A stretch of DNA of 64,000 bases from a virus, in the IMG/VR virus record IMGVR_UViG_3300042691_038490, positions 30,860 to 94,859 of that record; one strand, written 5' to 3'. Below the pieces are notes generated by a model. That model worked only from the letters and a program-made list of their open reading frames with translations. It was not told where the DNA came from and searched no databases. Shown here piece by piece: positions 39,558 through 51,651 of the stretch. The translations under genes and the position numbers were made by a program. How positions within the stretch are numbered: the stretch's first letter is position 1; the number at the start of each line of letters is the position of its first letter.

Positions 39558-42500
39558 AGATCAAATATAATTTAAATTTAATTTAAGTCAAAGAAAATTA
39601 TTGAATAATCCAAACAACTTCGTCAAAGTGCTTACCATCAATGTCTAATACTTCTTGGTGATTGCCATAATACCATTCAGAATTTCTATCTTTTAAGATT
39701 TTCGCTTTTCTTATTACATCAACATAGTTCACTCCATCTTCATATCCTTTCACACAAATACGAGTATCTGGAGATAGAGTTTGAAGATGCTCAATAAGTT
39801 CTTTTGCTGTCATTTTCCATCCAATTTCTTGCGTGATAAGGAGTTGCAAAAGTTTTTACTATCTTTGCGTCCTTAAAAACCCAATTACCTTTAGGAGTAA
39901 TTTGTTCTTCATAGACCGCCCATTTATTCATAGGTTCACCAAACTCATCTTCAAGTTCTTTAATATAACGAATTACTTTCATTTATTAATTAATTTATCT
40001 AGATAGGCTTGTGCTTGTTTTACTGATTCAAATTGCTTTAGAATCTTTACAGACATTAAAGGTTTTTCTCCTATGTTTTCAAGGGTAATAGTTTTTTCAT
40101 AAACTCCCCAAGAAAGAAGTAGATTGCCGTATTGATCTTTGATTTGATCTATGTATTGATATGTAGTTTTCATTATACTACAATATTAATTTTAGCATTA
40201 AGTTTATAAACTTTATCGCCCTGCTGTTCATCGGGGTCGTTTATAGTATTACGCTTTTTATCACTAAAGTTAAATACTTTGCCATCGTCAAGATTAACAA
40301 TGTTATTTGTTCCATTCTTGATTTTCATAAAAACAGAATGATTGCCTCGTTGGACTGATTCGGGGTCAAAGAAAGAGAAAACTTCTCCTTCTTTTACAGA
40401 ATCAAAGTCTACCATAGCTTCTTTATCTCTTGATGTTATTGTGTATTTCATAAATTTAAAATGGTCTAAAGTTATACATCCTTTCAGCTATCTTACTAAT
40501 ATTTGTTTTGTTTGTCAAACTGAATCCATACTTTTTCTTAAATTTTTCTAGAGCAGTTTTATTAATATTCTCTTTGCCAAAGTCTCCAATAATACTTTCG
40601 TCAGTAATAAGATACTCGCCCCTTTTTAAATTAAATAAACTCATTATTTCTTCAACTTGGTAATGATACTTGTCCACTACTTGAGTATCTGCAAACTCAA
40701 TAATTTGACCATCCATTGAAATTAATTTACCCTTATTAAAGTCAAATCTAGGCTTCATCTGTCGTATTGACACTCAAAAATATGCCCTAACCAATTAACT
40801 CCACATATACTAAAATATTTACTATTAACATTGTAAAATCTTGGAAGCCAATTAAATTTACAAGAATTTAAAATATAAAACGAACCTACCTTACCAAAAG
40901 ATAATCGTTTAATAACTTTACTAATAAAGATATTATTATCATTCGCCCACTTCTCATATTCTTCACTCGTCATTTTCTTTATTTTCTTTTATAATTTGTT
41001 TTGTTAGTTTATCAAAGTTTTCTGCAAGAGAATAGAGTGATTGATCTATTCCTTGTAAAACACCTTTAATCTGTAATAGTATTCTTGTATTATTATTGTC
41101 CATAAATTAATCCCATAAATCTTTGAAATAAAGTCCAAGCAAAAGAAAACCATTTCTTTGACGCTCATAGGCTTTATTTAGTTTTGTATAATCTGGTTGA
41201 ATATCTCCTCTAGAATCAAACTCTACAAGATAATCTCCACTATCTTGTTTTGTAAGAAACATTTTTCTATCACGAATAGGGTCATAATTAAGTGGATAAA
41301 CTTCATAGAGCTTATCAATCTGACCTTCGGGGTCATCTTCAAGAAGCAAAAATTCAAGTGCAAAAATAATCTCATCTAAAACATTTTCATATTCTTCTTT
41401 GCTCAAAGAATTAGATAAGCCATTCGACTTATCAATAAAGTCTTTCTTTTCTTCATTGTATTCTAAATTGTTTTGATCTGGATTATATGCGACAACCTCT
41501 CCATTAACAATTAAATGATGACGATTAGAAAGGCTTTTAAAGTTCTTGCGAAGATGTTTAATTCGTGGAAGCATAAACTTTGCGGTAGCTTGTGGAAGAT
41601 TCCAACAATCACTATCAGAATAGCCTCTGAAAAGTTTTTGTAATTTATTCTTTAAACCCCACTTAACATTAAAATAAGTATGAGAGTAATAATTAAACTC
41701 ACCAAGAAACCAATTTAAAATAGGATTCTTGTGAAACCTAAAACTTCTCATCAATTCTTCTAATGTTTGTCTATCGCTCATAGTTTGCTAATAACTTCTT
41801 TACAATAATTTACCGCATCAGTAACATCTTGCATAGAATAACTTTTATTACATACGCCACCATTAAATACTATATGGCTTTTGCCATTCACAACTGATAC
41901 CATTAATTTACTTCCCGCCACTTGATAAGGATTTCCTTGCCAATCTTTGTGAGTTTCAGCTTTACCATAAAAATAAGCTGTGCCATTAAGATTTTGACTA
42001 TTGATATCTCTCAAACGAATAGTAATGGCATCCATAGGAAATTGATCTGTGCTACTTTTTGGCACAATCTTTGCTGGATTAATTAAACTAGAGCTTTTAA
42101 CTCTTGAATTGTTTTCCCAATAAATTTTATCTATAACTGGATTCATAAACCTTCCTCCTTACATTTGTCCTCGTATGCTTTAACTTCTTTGTATTCTTCC
42201 CAACGACCTGCGTTAGCAAGAACATTACTAGTTAAAAGGACTCTGTGTTCATCTTCATTTTTAATATTCTTTTCGTCCCAAGTCAAGAGAATAACGCCAA
42301 GACCAAAATTATCATAATCTTCAATTTTTAATTCTACCCCATCGTTTTCTTCTTGATCTAATACAGATTCAACTGCTCTAGTGCAAGCCTCATTATACCA
42401 ATCAGATTTATTGATCTTCTTGGTATCAATATCAACTTTCGCTGACCAATTATGTCCACTTACATAAATATTCATTAGAATGGTAGATCATCCTCCTCAT

Positions 42501-43096
42501 CATCTTCTTCTATAAAGTCTAAAACTTTTTCATTTTCTTCCGCTGAACGAAACCAAAGAATAGTATTATCACCAACCTTTTGAGCATCTTGATATTCCAA
42601 AGGACATTTTGCTAAACGCTCTTTTACAATATCTACAAAACGATTTGAAAGACGAATAAACAAACTCTCATCGCCTTCAATCCACTCGTAGGATTCAGCA
42701 AACTCCTCACAAATCATTTTTACTTTTGGATGTAATTTCATAGATTGTTTAGATCAACTTTCTCTGGCTCTCCTTCTTGACAAAGAAGTTGTCCTTTAAT
42801 GTGCGTAAGAGCTTCAACGGCAGAATCTAAATCATACTCTGATGTATCGCTAGTATCAAAGTCAATAGACTCTTGCAACTCAAGAATATCTTGAATAATT
42901 AAATCAATCTTATCAATTTGTTTTTTGTTCATTTATCATCTCCTGTGTTAGAGTATCTAGCCTTTTTGCGTCAATGTCAAGAGCAGAAGGATGAATACTC
43001 AAAGTCATATCTAGATGAGGAATAAAGCAATAGAATAGTTTTGCTGTGGAATCGTATGACAAGATTTCCATAGGAGTTCCACGCTTGCTTCTGACT

Positions 43097-44035
43097 TTAA
43101 CTCTTTTCACTCAAATGTTCCTTATGATAATCGTGACCTTTCTTTGTCAAAGCACGACCAGTAGGTTTGATTTCAATAAGATGATTTCTCATCAAATATA
43201 ATTCCACATTTCTCTGTAACATATCTTTGGTAAGATTAGTTTTAGCTGAAAGATTGGTAAGTCTCAACTCTCCATATTCCTTGAGCAATTTAATTACATT
43301 AAGTTCAATTTCTGTGAGGCCGAGAGGATAGATAGACAATCTATCTTTAATCTCTAGCCAACCAGTTTTATCTAGTTCTTTGGAATTTTTAGATGCCAAA
43401 TAAGACGAAACTTGATTTGCCATAGATTGAGCTTGGCGAGCATTACCACGGCACACGCTGGCAACTTCATTTAAAATTGATTCGTGAACGCTTTGATTTT
43501 TAGTTTTTAAATTACCGCTAATAATCTTACCAAGATCAATATAAGAATAATCCTCAAGATCAATTCTATAAAGACGATCAAGAAGTGCGTGAAAAATCTT
43601 TTGAGCTTCAGTAGTGCAAAATATAAAACTATTTTGATTAAAACGGAAAGTATAAGTTCCCTCATCAAAAGTAAAATCATTTTGATTTGTGCTATTAGGA
43701 TTTAGTATTGTAAGAAGTGCCATAGTTACATCTCTAGGTAACTCACTTGCTTCATCAAAGATAATCGTAGTGTCCTTATCATAAACATAGGGTAACATAA
43801 TTTGATTAAAGAAACTCTTTACATTTTTAATAGTAGAACAATTAACGATTAGACTCTTTTCTCTTTTCATAAGATTAGCAGTCTTTTGAGCAATAAGAGT
43901 TTTACCACATCCTCTTGGAGCAACAAAAAGAAGATGGGGCATAATCCTCGTTTGATTATATCCATCTAAAAGAAAGTTTAACTTCTTTTTAATTTTATCC
44001 TGTCCTACGATCTCTGAATAGTTTTCTTGCGACAT
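43097..44035 (-). CDS. ruvB: RuvB-like AAA+ ATPase
   Basis: IVGQ, HLLF.APRGCGKT, FDEA, RGNARQA, GL...E.YL...I..TGR winged-helix tail. Confidence 0.75.
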   Translation of the reverse strand: MSQENYSEIVGQDKIKKKLNFLLDGYNQTRIMPHLLFVAPRGCGKTLIAQKTANLMKREKSLIVNCSTIKNVKSFFNQIMLPYVYDKDTTIIFDEASELPRDVTMALLTILNPNSTNQNDFTFDEGTYTFRFNQNSFIFCTTEAQKIFHALLDRLYRIDLEDYSYIDLGKIISGNLKTKNQSVHESILNEVASVCRGNARQAQSMANQVSSYLASKNSKELDKTGWLEIKDRLSIYPLGLTEIELNVIKLLKEYGELRLTNLSAKTNLTKDMLQRNVELYLMRNHLIEIKPTGRALTKKGHDYHKEHLSEKS

Positions 44036-44705
44036 AGTAGTTTTATATACCAGTTTAAAAGTAAGATCAAGTTTAATTTACTTGAAAATCAATCTGTTCT
44101 TCTAAACTATTATATGTTTTAGTATTGACTTCTTTTTCGATTCCTCTTATGTTTAAATTGTCGAGGAATTTCTTTGATACGATAACAACAGCATCTTGCT
44201 TTAATACTTTGTTAAGTTCGCTCAATGGAATCATTGAGAAACAAAACGAACCTTTTTTGCGACCACGACTAGATTTCATCTTCATTATCCTTTCCGCTTT
44301 CTACCATAGCATTTAATAAATCAAACTTTAATGACTCTAAAACTCCAATAACTTGATAAGCGGTCATATCGCTTTCGTGAGCATATCTTAATATATCTTT
44401 ATATAAGACTTGCCTTAATTGATTTCCAGCGTGACAATTAAAATTTTCTTCACTCATTTGATTTTTATATTGTATTTAGATATTGTAAATCCTAAACCGA
44501 ATATAGCAAATGTAAAGATTTTTCCATATTCGTATGATTCAAATGAAATGTCTGTCTTTAATTTTAATTTAAATCCAAACCATTTATCATCATAATCATC
44601 AATGTAACCTAGACTAGTGGCTGGTAAGATAACGCCGATTGCCCAATCTTTGCTCTTACCAAACCACCAATCTTTGAAGGCTGGAATTTGTATTCCAAAT
44701 TTCAT

Positions 44706-45626
44706 TTAGCTTTTGATGAATCTCCCTGTTTTTGGGTCACGCTTGTTATGATAATTAACAGAGGATTGCATAGTGCCATCGTTGGCATAATCATTATCCT
44801 CATCTTCATCATCATAATCGCCATCATCTTCATCTTCATATCCAAGCATTTCTTCCATAGCTTCTCTAGCTTCTGGACGATAAGGGTGAATATAATTACC
44901 ATAAGCAATATCGTAAAGGTCTTTATCTAGCGACTTGCGATATAGTGCAACAACTTCTAGCTTGGATGCACGAAGTTTTTGGCAATCACAATCATTAGGC
45001 ACAGAAACAACATCAGCAGGGTTGATCTTAACAATCACAAGATTACCACCGCCATTGAATCCCTTTGCATATTCTTCTGAACCAGCGTGATAACCTTCAG
45101 AACAACCAATCTCTGCATTATCGCAAACTTGATTACGAGGCATCTCACGAACTTGTCCAATAGCGAAGTTATGCTTTCCGCTATACCAATCAGTAAAATC
45201 TGATCGAACACTCTTGTATGCAAGGAAATCGCCGTCTGGAGTTAGAGGCATCTTCTTATGCTCCAAGAATTTGTAAAGCTCATTAACTGCTCTGCGAGAA
45301 GGATTCTCCATTAGCTTGTCAAGAAACTTAACAAGAGGCTCATAAGGCAAACCATTCTTAATAAAGTTGAGGATTCGATCTACAACAATATTATGAATCT
45401 CCTCGCCAGCATAAGTCACAATGCCATCACGAACATCAATCTTGCCGTGAGAGAATCGAACAATAGCTTTGCTCTTGTCTAGAATATCTGGAAGGGCATC
45501 AAATCGTCCTTCACGAATTGCGGTGATAGCGTCTTTCCATACTGGATTTTCGCTAGTAATAGTCTTTGGCTCATCGTTCAATACGATGGTAAGACTACGA
45601 TCTGTTAATATATATGGTATCTTCAT
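44706..45626 (-). CDS. rIIB: rIIB-like protein
   Basis: NPS..AVNELY.FL, TPDG.FLAYK.V, EMPRNQV, CSEGYH, INPADVVSVP; C-terminal RDPKTGRF. Confidence 0.9.
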   Translation of the reverse strand: MKIPYILTDRSLTIVLNDEPKTITSENPVWKDAITAIREGRFDALPDILDKSKAIVRFSHGKIDVRDGIVTYAGEEIHNIVVDRILNFIKNGLPYEPLVKFLDKLMENPSRRAVNELYKFLEHKKMPLTPDGDFLAYKSVRSDFTDWYSGKHNFAIGQVREMPRNQVCDNAEIGCSEGYHAGSEEYAKGFNGGGNLVIVKINPADVVSVPNDCDCQKLRASKLEVVALYRKSLDKDLYDIAYGNYIHPYRPEAREAMEEMLGYEDEDDGDYDDEDEDNDYANDGTMQSSVNYHNKRDPKTGRFIKS

Positions 45627-45647
45627 ATTGATAGTTTTACTCCTTTT

Positions 45648-47864
45648 TTAGTTTTTGTCAATAAGATTTATGTAATCTACTACTTTTTGTAGTTCAGATT
45701 TGCTATCGTATTTCCATCCATAGCTGTCTGGCACAAACACATCTAGCAAACCATACTTCTCTCTAACATCTTTCATTAACTTTAATAGATTATAAGTTGG
45801 CTCTACATCTTTGAATTTAATATCAAAATGTGCGTTCTTTAAAAAGTCTTGCACCTCTGATACTTTCTTAAAGTCTGATTTTGTATAAAACATTACTGCA
45901 CTCAAATATTGAGAGAATGAATCGTTGGTATCTTCAATGGATTCGTGAAGTTTATGCTTTTGAATCCTTTGTGCAAGTTCAACAAAATCATCGCCATCAC
46001 TCTCATTCTGATGCTGTTGCCAATGTTTTGCGTCAATAATCTTTTGAGCAGTTTTATCAAACTCCTCTTGAAGTTTATCTTGCATATAGTCCCAAAGATT
46101 AACAAGGTTTTTATTCTTTTTAATAACCTTCTTTTTGGAAACAAAAGTCTTGCTTTTAATTCCATAAAGCTCTGTGATCTTATCGCCAGTAAATGTCTCA
46201 TACTGATCGAGAGCATCCTTCAAAGAACCATTCCCTAAATTGTGCAGACCATCTTTTGATACTGCTTCGAAAGCGTTGATCTCTACATAGATAGCTTTAT
46301 CATTAGCAAGATCAATACTCATAGTCTCCCAATTAGAAGATTTTGTTCCCCAATTACGAGCATCATCACGCTTAAACTTAAAGATTTGAGAAGAATGTTT
46401 TGGATTCTTACTTACGATTGAATTACCAGAAGTGACTTTTTGAATCTCAATCTTTTCGTAATCAGAGAGTTTGAGATAATTCTTCTCAAGTAATCCAATC
46501 TCTTTGTCAAAAAGATTTTTAGTCGCATCGTCCTTGAAAGCAAAAACATAAGCACCTTCAATCTGCTCGCCAAGTTGATTCCAAAGTGTTGCTAGTCTTA
46601 AAGTTACGCCCATAGCTGAACCAGTATCATTGACTAGAATCTTGTGAGTTTTCTCACAAACAATTCGTGTTTCTTCTGATTCTGAAACTAGCTTGGAGCT
46701 TCTGCGAGATTTAGAATAAAATCTTGCTGTAAGTTTTCCAGTAGAGATTAGATTGCGAACCTTATCTCCAAGAGGAATAATCTGATCGTTAATAACCTTG
46801 CCATTCCAAGTAACTTTGTTATTCAACGAATCACGAATAACATATCCAAGACTACCATAAGTTCCAAACACTTGATGATACAACGCCTTGGCATCAAAGA
46901 CATTATCACAAGTCTTGAATTGATTAGAAATAGATTCTGCGATTTCTTCTTTGATCTTCTTAAACTTTGCTCTGATAGCTTTCTTGGTCTTATCAGTATA
47001 TTCTAGACTCTCACGGCTTGCAGTAATATCAAGTTCGCCAAGAGTAAAGTCTACTTCAAATCCTTGATTGCAAAGACTTTCTAATGTGTCATCTTTGAAA
47101 CCAACATCGCTAGAATCAATATCATATCCAACACCCATAACTGCAATCGAGCTACTACTATGATAATAAGACCTATCATTAGAACCATAATAACGCCAGC
47201 AACTACCTTCAAAAACTGGCTTGCGATCATAGACTGATGCAATATCTTCTTTTCTTGCACCAGTAATTTTAGGCTTGTTCTTGAAATATTTAAATAGCTC
47301 TACTGCGGTCTTGAGAAAAGTCTCGGTATCTTCTTCACGAATTGGCACAGATACAACTACGCCAGTAGGCTCTGAAGATTTTTCTTCTTTGAGCTTTACG
47401 ATCTTACCAATTTTAGTCTCATCAATAAAAGCGTTGTAAGTAGTTTTCTTGCCGTTATGATATGAAATTAAAACAAAGTTATCTCCGTAGCTGAAAGGAG
47501 CAAACTTACCAATACCATAATAACCAATAGCAGAATTACTTTCACGCTTTGTAGATTCACCATAGTAGCAGTAAAGATTTTTAATATCATCGGGCGAAAG
47601 ACCATTACCAAAATCTCTAATAGTTAAAGTAGGGTCTAGCTTGCTAGGAAGTTTAACTTCAATAGGACGCTTGCTACCAGCTTCGATATTCGCATCTTGA
47701 GCATTACAAGCGATCTCACGCAAAACTGCAAGAGGCTTGTTGGAATACAACTGATTGCGAAGAATGTTAAAGATATAAGGAAGTCCAGATTGCTTGATTC
47801 CAAAACTTACTGAATCAAAACTATCAGACTCTACGACTTTGATGGGCTTTTCGATTAATTTCAT
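45648..47864 (-). CDS. rIIA: rIIA-like protein (GHKL ATPase N-terminus)
   Basis: LYSNKPLAVLRE..NAQDA, IRDFGNGL, STKR, GYYGIGK, SRESL. Confidence 0.9.
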   Translation of the reverse strand: MKLIEKPIKVVESDSFDSVSFGIKQSGLPYIFNILRNQLYSNKPLAVLREIACNAQDANIEAGSKRPIEVKLPSKLDPTLTIRDFGNGLSPDDIKNLYCYYGESTKRESNSAIGYYGIGKFAPFSYGDNFVLISYHNGKKTTYNAFIDETKIGKIVKLKEEKSSEPTGVVVSVPIREEDTETFLKTAVELFKYFKNKPKITGARKEDIASVYDRKPVFEGSCWRYYGSNDRSYYHSSSSIAVMGVGYDIDSSDVGFKDDTLESLCNQGFEVDFTLGELDITASRESLEYTDKTKKAIRAKFKKIKEEIAESISNQFKTCDNVFDAKALYHQVFGTYGSLGYVIRDSLNNKVTWNGKVINDQIIPLGDKVRNLISTGKLTARFYSKSRRSSKLVSESEETRIVCEKTHKILVNDTGSAMGVTLRLATLWNQLGEQIEGAYVFAFKDDATKNLFDKEIGLLEKNYLKLSDYEKIEIQKVTSGNSIVSKNPKHSSQIFKFKRDDARNWGTKSSNWETMSIDLANDKAIYVEINAFEAVSKDGLHNLGNGSLKDALDQYETFTGDKITELYGIKSKTFVSKKKVIKKNKNLVNLWDYMQDKLQEEFDKTAQKIIDAKHWQQHQNESDGDDFVELAQRIQKHKLHESIEDTNDSFSQYLSAVMFYTKSDFKKVSEVQDFLKNAHFDIKFKDVEPTYNLLKLMKDVREKYGLLDVFVPDSYGWKYDSKSELQKVVDYINLIDKN

Positions 47865-47916
47865 ATATTGAATTTAAATTGAATTTTAATTCGGGTCAAG
47901 TGTTTTCTTATTAAAT

Positions 47917-48171
47917 TTATTCAAACTTCCTACATCCTTGATGCTCAAAGGTTAATAGACCGCATCTGTGACTCTGCGGGTTTGAGCATACTCCCCAATC
48001 AGCACCAAGTTCACCATCTAATTTATTAAAGTATTTGCATCCCATAGAGCAATCTGGATAATGTTCTGATTCGTTTTCCCAACGAATTACTTTGCCAAAA
48101 GGTTCATAATCTTCTTCTTTTTTTATTACTACTTTTAGTAGGTGATTGTGATTATTCATTATGGTTCGCAA
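47917..48171 (-). CDS. Cys-rich small protein (DUF3027-like)
   Basis: CSMGCKYF..L.G..GADWGVC.N. Confidence 0.5.
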   Translation of the reverse strand: MRTIMNNHNHLLKVVIKKEEDYEPFGKVIRWENESEHYPDCSMGCKYFNKLDGELGADWGVCSNPQSHRCGLLTFEHQGCRKFE

Positions 48172-48730
48172 CTTTTTTACAAAAAGTTATAAACTCTTCA
48201 TCACCAAGGGCTTGCTTCATAAAATTTATTTTCTTATGAACCCATTGAACATTGTCTTTTGTATAACCTTTAGAAGAATCAATCCTATCTAGGGATGCGG
48301 TTTGATCTTTATGATTCCTAAAATTTCTTACAAAGCAAATATCCAAACCAGACAAAGCACATTTTTTATTTTGTTTAATAAATAATTCCCAAACATATTT
48401 GGGAGAAAGGCTCCATTTAATTTTCCTATAACCAGCTTTTCTTCGTAAATTATGAAAATATCTCAAGTGCATCTCTCCATAACTTTTTAACCTGCAATTT
48501 ACGCATCCTCCTTTATTTTTTTTCTTGTTTAATCCTGCACCACTTATAACTTTTTCCAAGCCACAAACGCATCTACACTTCCATTTTGGAACACCCCATT
48601 TAGATTTACCTACATATCCTATAATTGTATATCCACCAAATTTTTGACCTATTTTATTTTTAATTAAATTTGAATTATGTTGTTTTCCTTCGCATATTTT
48701 ATTGTCTTTTGTATCTAACCAATTATTCAT
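48152..48730 (-). CDS. HNH homing-endonuclease-like protein
   Basis: WKCRCVCG; CALSG; SLDRIDSSKGYTKDNVQW..IN.MK. Confidence 0.85.
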   Translation of the reverse strand: MNNWLDTKDNKICEGKQHNSNLIKNKIGQKFGGYTIIGYVGKSKWGVPKWKCRCVCGLEKVISGAGLNKKKNKGGCVNCRLKSYGEMHLRYFHNLRRKAGYRKIKWSLSPKYVWELFIKQNKKCALSGLDICFVRNFRNHKDQTASLDRIDSSKGYTKDNVQWVHKKINFMKQALGDEEFITFCKKVANHNE

Positions 48731-48774
48731 ATAATTATATACACGAAAGAAACAACTAATGGAAACAGGATAAC

Positions 48775-49887
48775 CTATTCGTAGCTTTCTCTGTCAATCG
48801 CTATCACATAGCCAAATCTAGGCACTTGATCTGGCGTATAATTAAAGAATTTTATTGTAGCTTTTTTGCCAACCAGTTTATTTTTATCTTTAAGTAGTTG
48901 AGCTAAATAAGTAAAGTCGCCTTTGATGTTGCTCTTAAAGTTTCTGCCGTGTTTATTTTTGAACACCATATAACCAGCAGTTCCTTTTCTATTGCCTTCA
49001 CCCTCAACAACTTCTAGGATTTCAAATTCTGCGTCCATAAAGTCTTTTCTTTTAAGAAGGTGCTTGCTTCTTTTATTTTCGTAAGTTCTGTCTAGTCTAA
49101 CCATTTGACCTTCATAGCCTTGCTCCATATACATTTCGTATGCTTGGTCTAATTCTTTCTCGTTACTAACTTTTAGAGTTGTTACAACAACAATACTTAT
49201 GTATTTTCTTTTAGTAAGAGCATCAGAAAGTAGTTCGTATCTTTTATAAAAAGAATCACTTTGATCTAGTATTCCAATTCTAGGTGCATCATATACCCAA
49301 TACTGAATATTATCTGCACTTTCCTCTAGTTCTTCATCAGTAGGTTTTGTTCTTTTTACGAGAGAACAAATCTTATTAAAGTCATTCGCAAACTTATCAC
49401 AATATAGCTCGCCGTCTAAAATTGCATTTGGATAATCTTTAAAAAACTTTTCTAGGTTTTCTCGGATATGAGGAGCAGAGATAATTGCTTTGCCGTTTCT
49501 GCTAAACATACCATCTTTTGTAACAATACAACGAATACCATCTAATTTAGGTTGAGATAAAACTGGATAGTTAATATCGTGATCTTCATACTTTTGAGCA
49601 AGCATAGGCTCAAAGTATTGAGTTTTATTAATATCTTTTACATCTTCGAAATAACCAGACTCAAGTTTCTTCTTACGCTTTGCTTCTGCTTCTTTGATCG
49701 CTTGTTCTTCTGGAGTAGTAGCATTAGCTCTGCCAGCGTTCTTTACTTTGCAATCTGTCCACTCATTTGTAATCTTTTCGCCATCTGTTTGACCAGAGAT
49801 TGTGCGATATTGATTTCCTTTGACTTCAATAGTCCACTCTTGAATTTTTCCACTTTTTGTCTTTTTATAAATAGTAGGAAGTTTCAT
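48775..49887 (-). CDS. lig: ATP-dependent DNA ligase
   Basis: QPKLDGIRC, LDGELY, YEGQMVR, LLKRK, PRF. Confidence 0.95.
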   Translation of the reverse strand: MKLPTIYKKTKSGKIQEWTIEVKGNQYRTISGQTDGEKITNEWTDCKVKNAGRANATTPEEQAIKEAEAKRKKKLESGYFEDVKDINKTQYFEPMLAQKYEDHDINYPVLSQPKLDGIRCIVTKDGMFSRNGKAIISAPHIRENLEKFFKDYPNAILDGELYCDKFANDFNKICSLVKRTKPTDEELEESADNIQYWVYDAPRIGILDQSDSFYKRYELLSDALTKRKYISIVVVTTLKVSNEKELDQAYEMYMEQGYEGQMVRLDRTYENKRSKHLLKRKDFMDAEFEILEVVEGEGNRKGTAGYMVFKNKHGRNFKSNIKGDFTYLAQLLKDKNKLVGKKATIKFFNYTPDQVPRFGYVIAIDRESYE

Positions 49888-49929
49888 AAAACGAATATAG
49901 TTTAAATTTTATTTTATATCAATCTATTT

Positions 49930-50766
49930 TTATTTTTCAGTCTGCGGTAAAGCAGTAATAAGTTTAAGTCTTTTATAGAAAGCATCTTCTTCTATTATCT
50001 CATATTTCGCTGGACTCCATTCCGAAAAATATTTTGATAATAGTTTATTTTTTTTTGCTAGTTTCCATTTTTCTCCTTCGGAAAATCCATTCTTTAATAT
50101 TTTCTCTGAATATTTTAAATTTTTTACTCTTTCTTCGTTGCTGTGAGGAATATGATAAATATATTTACTTATATTAAAAAAGATAATTCTTTCCAATCCA
50201 ATCCAATCCTTACACCCTTTACCATTATCTTCATAAGATTGAATCTTTTGAGAGGAAAGGGATTTTGTTTTAATTCTTTCAATTAAATCTATATCTTCAA
50301 ATCCCCATACTGACTCTAAATTTTCATTATAACCTTCTCCAAAATCTTTTTTATTAACCAAAAGAAAACCTAGTGAGTAAGGATAAAATTGGCTAGAACC
50401 AGTAATAAAATAATTATCCAAACATTTTCTATTCCCCGCAATCTTTAGGCAATCAATCCAGCCGTCATCAAGATTTAAATAATCTACATCTAGTTTTAGA
50501 AGAATTTGATTTTCGTAATTAGTATTTTGAAAACCAAGATTCCAAGCTAAACAACGATAAAAATATTTTTGATTATCAACTCTTATTATTTTTATATTTT
50601 TATATCTTTTTATTTGATCTTGAACAATAACATTATTTATAATAGGTTTTTGAGAACTCCAATCAACGATGACAAAGTCTTTTATTTTTTCTATTTTTGT
50701 CCAAGTGGGAAGCATTTTCTCCAATGCCTCCTCTCTATTCATTACCGCTATAATACAAGAAATCAT
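49930..50766 (-). CDS. Glycosyltransferase (GT2/GT7-like)
   Basis: VMNRE, IVDWSS, KLDVD, GYNE..WGFEDID. Confidence 0.85.
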   Translation of the reverse strand: MISCIIAVMNREEALEKMLPTWTKIEKIKDFVIVDWSSQKPIINNVIVQDQIKRYKNIKIIRVDNQKYFYRCLAWNLGFQNTNYENQILLKLDVDYLNLDDGWIDCLKIAGNRKCLDNYFITGSSQFYPYSLGFLLVNKKDFGEGYNENLESVWGFEDIDLIERIKTKSLSSQKIQSYEDNGKGCKDWIGLERIIFFNISKYIYHIPHSNEERVKNLKYSEKILKNGFSEGEKWKLAKKNKLLSKYFSEWSPAKYEIIEEDAFYKRLKLITALPQTEK

Positions 50767-50801
50767 TTATAATTCCAGTCTATACTGGATGAGCCAGAAA
50801 G

Positions 50802-50990
50802 TCAAATTTTGTTTTTTTTTGATTCTAAAGGATTTGCAACTCTTAATAAAGAAAAAGTGCCGTCTTTATTGTCGTGCCAATCAATCGTATCACCGATTTT
50901 CCAACCAACTTTTTTCAAGAGAGATTTAGGCAATTCAATATATTGATAGCCGTTTTTTTCTTTTATTTCAATATAATGAGGCTTCTTCAT
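50802..50990 (-). CDS. AbrB/MazE-type DNA-binding protein
   Basis: IELPKSLLKKVGWKIGDTI. Confidence 0.75.
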   Translation of the reverse strand: MKKPHYIEIKEKNGYQYIELPKSLLKKVGWKIGDTIDWHDNKDGTFSLLRVANPLESKKNKI

Positions 50991-51637
50991 CTTGGCGTTA
51001 AGAAAGTTATAACTTTTCTAATACCAGTAAATCTAACCCATTCAACTAATCGTGTGACACTATATAGTTTTCTAGTAAGATGCCATCCAAACTTATCAAG
51101 GGGTTTAACATAATAATTAAAATAAGTTCTATAAACTGGACATTTCATTTTTTTATTGTGAGTTTCTAATTCTTTATCCCATTCTATTTGTTGCTCGATT
51201 CTATCTCTAGATGATAGCTTTGTATAATTAGGAATTATAGTTAATTCTTTTACTTCTCCATTAACTACAACACATCTCCAATCTGGATAAAAGTCGGTAG
51301 CGTCAATAGTATCTCCATAAATAACGCATCCAAAAGAGAATGTGCCAGTATAATTTTCTCGCCAAACTTCTTTGCTACTATCTTTTACATATTTTCTATC
51401 CCAAAATAAACCAAATTTACTATCATCTTCTTTTTGTTTTTCTGGAGAAACTTCTTCAAAGTGACCTTCTTCTACAAGTTCAAAAAGTTTATTATCACGA
51501 AGAACATAAGTAACCATAGTATTATCTTCTAATTCTTTTGTCTGATATTCTTCATCACGCCAATTATGATTTAGCGTTTTGAGAGTAGCGTCAAGAGGAA
51601 GCTCTTGTTCTACTTTAAGATAATTAAATAATCCCAT
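50987..51637 (-). CDS. Hypothetical protein
   Basis: MGLFNY..YQTKEL motif. Confidence 0.65.
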   Translation of the reverse strand: MGLFNYLKVEQELPLDATLKTLNHNWRDEEYQTKELEDNTMVTYVLRDNKLFELVEEGHFEEVSPEKQKEDDSKFGLFWDRKYVKDSSKEVWRENYTGTFSFGCVIYGDTIDATDFYPDWRCVVVNGEVKELTIIPNYTKLSSRDRIEQQIEWDKELETHNKKMKCPVYRTYFNYYVKPLDKFGWHLTRKLYSVTRLVEWVRFTGIRKVITFLTPR

Positions 51638-51651
51638 AGTAGTATTATAAT

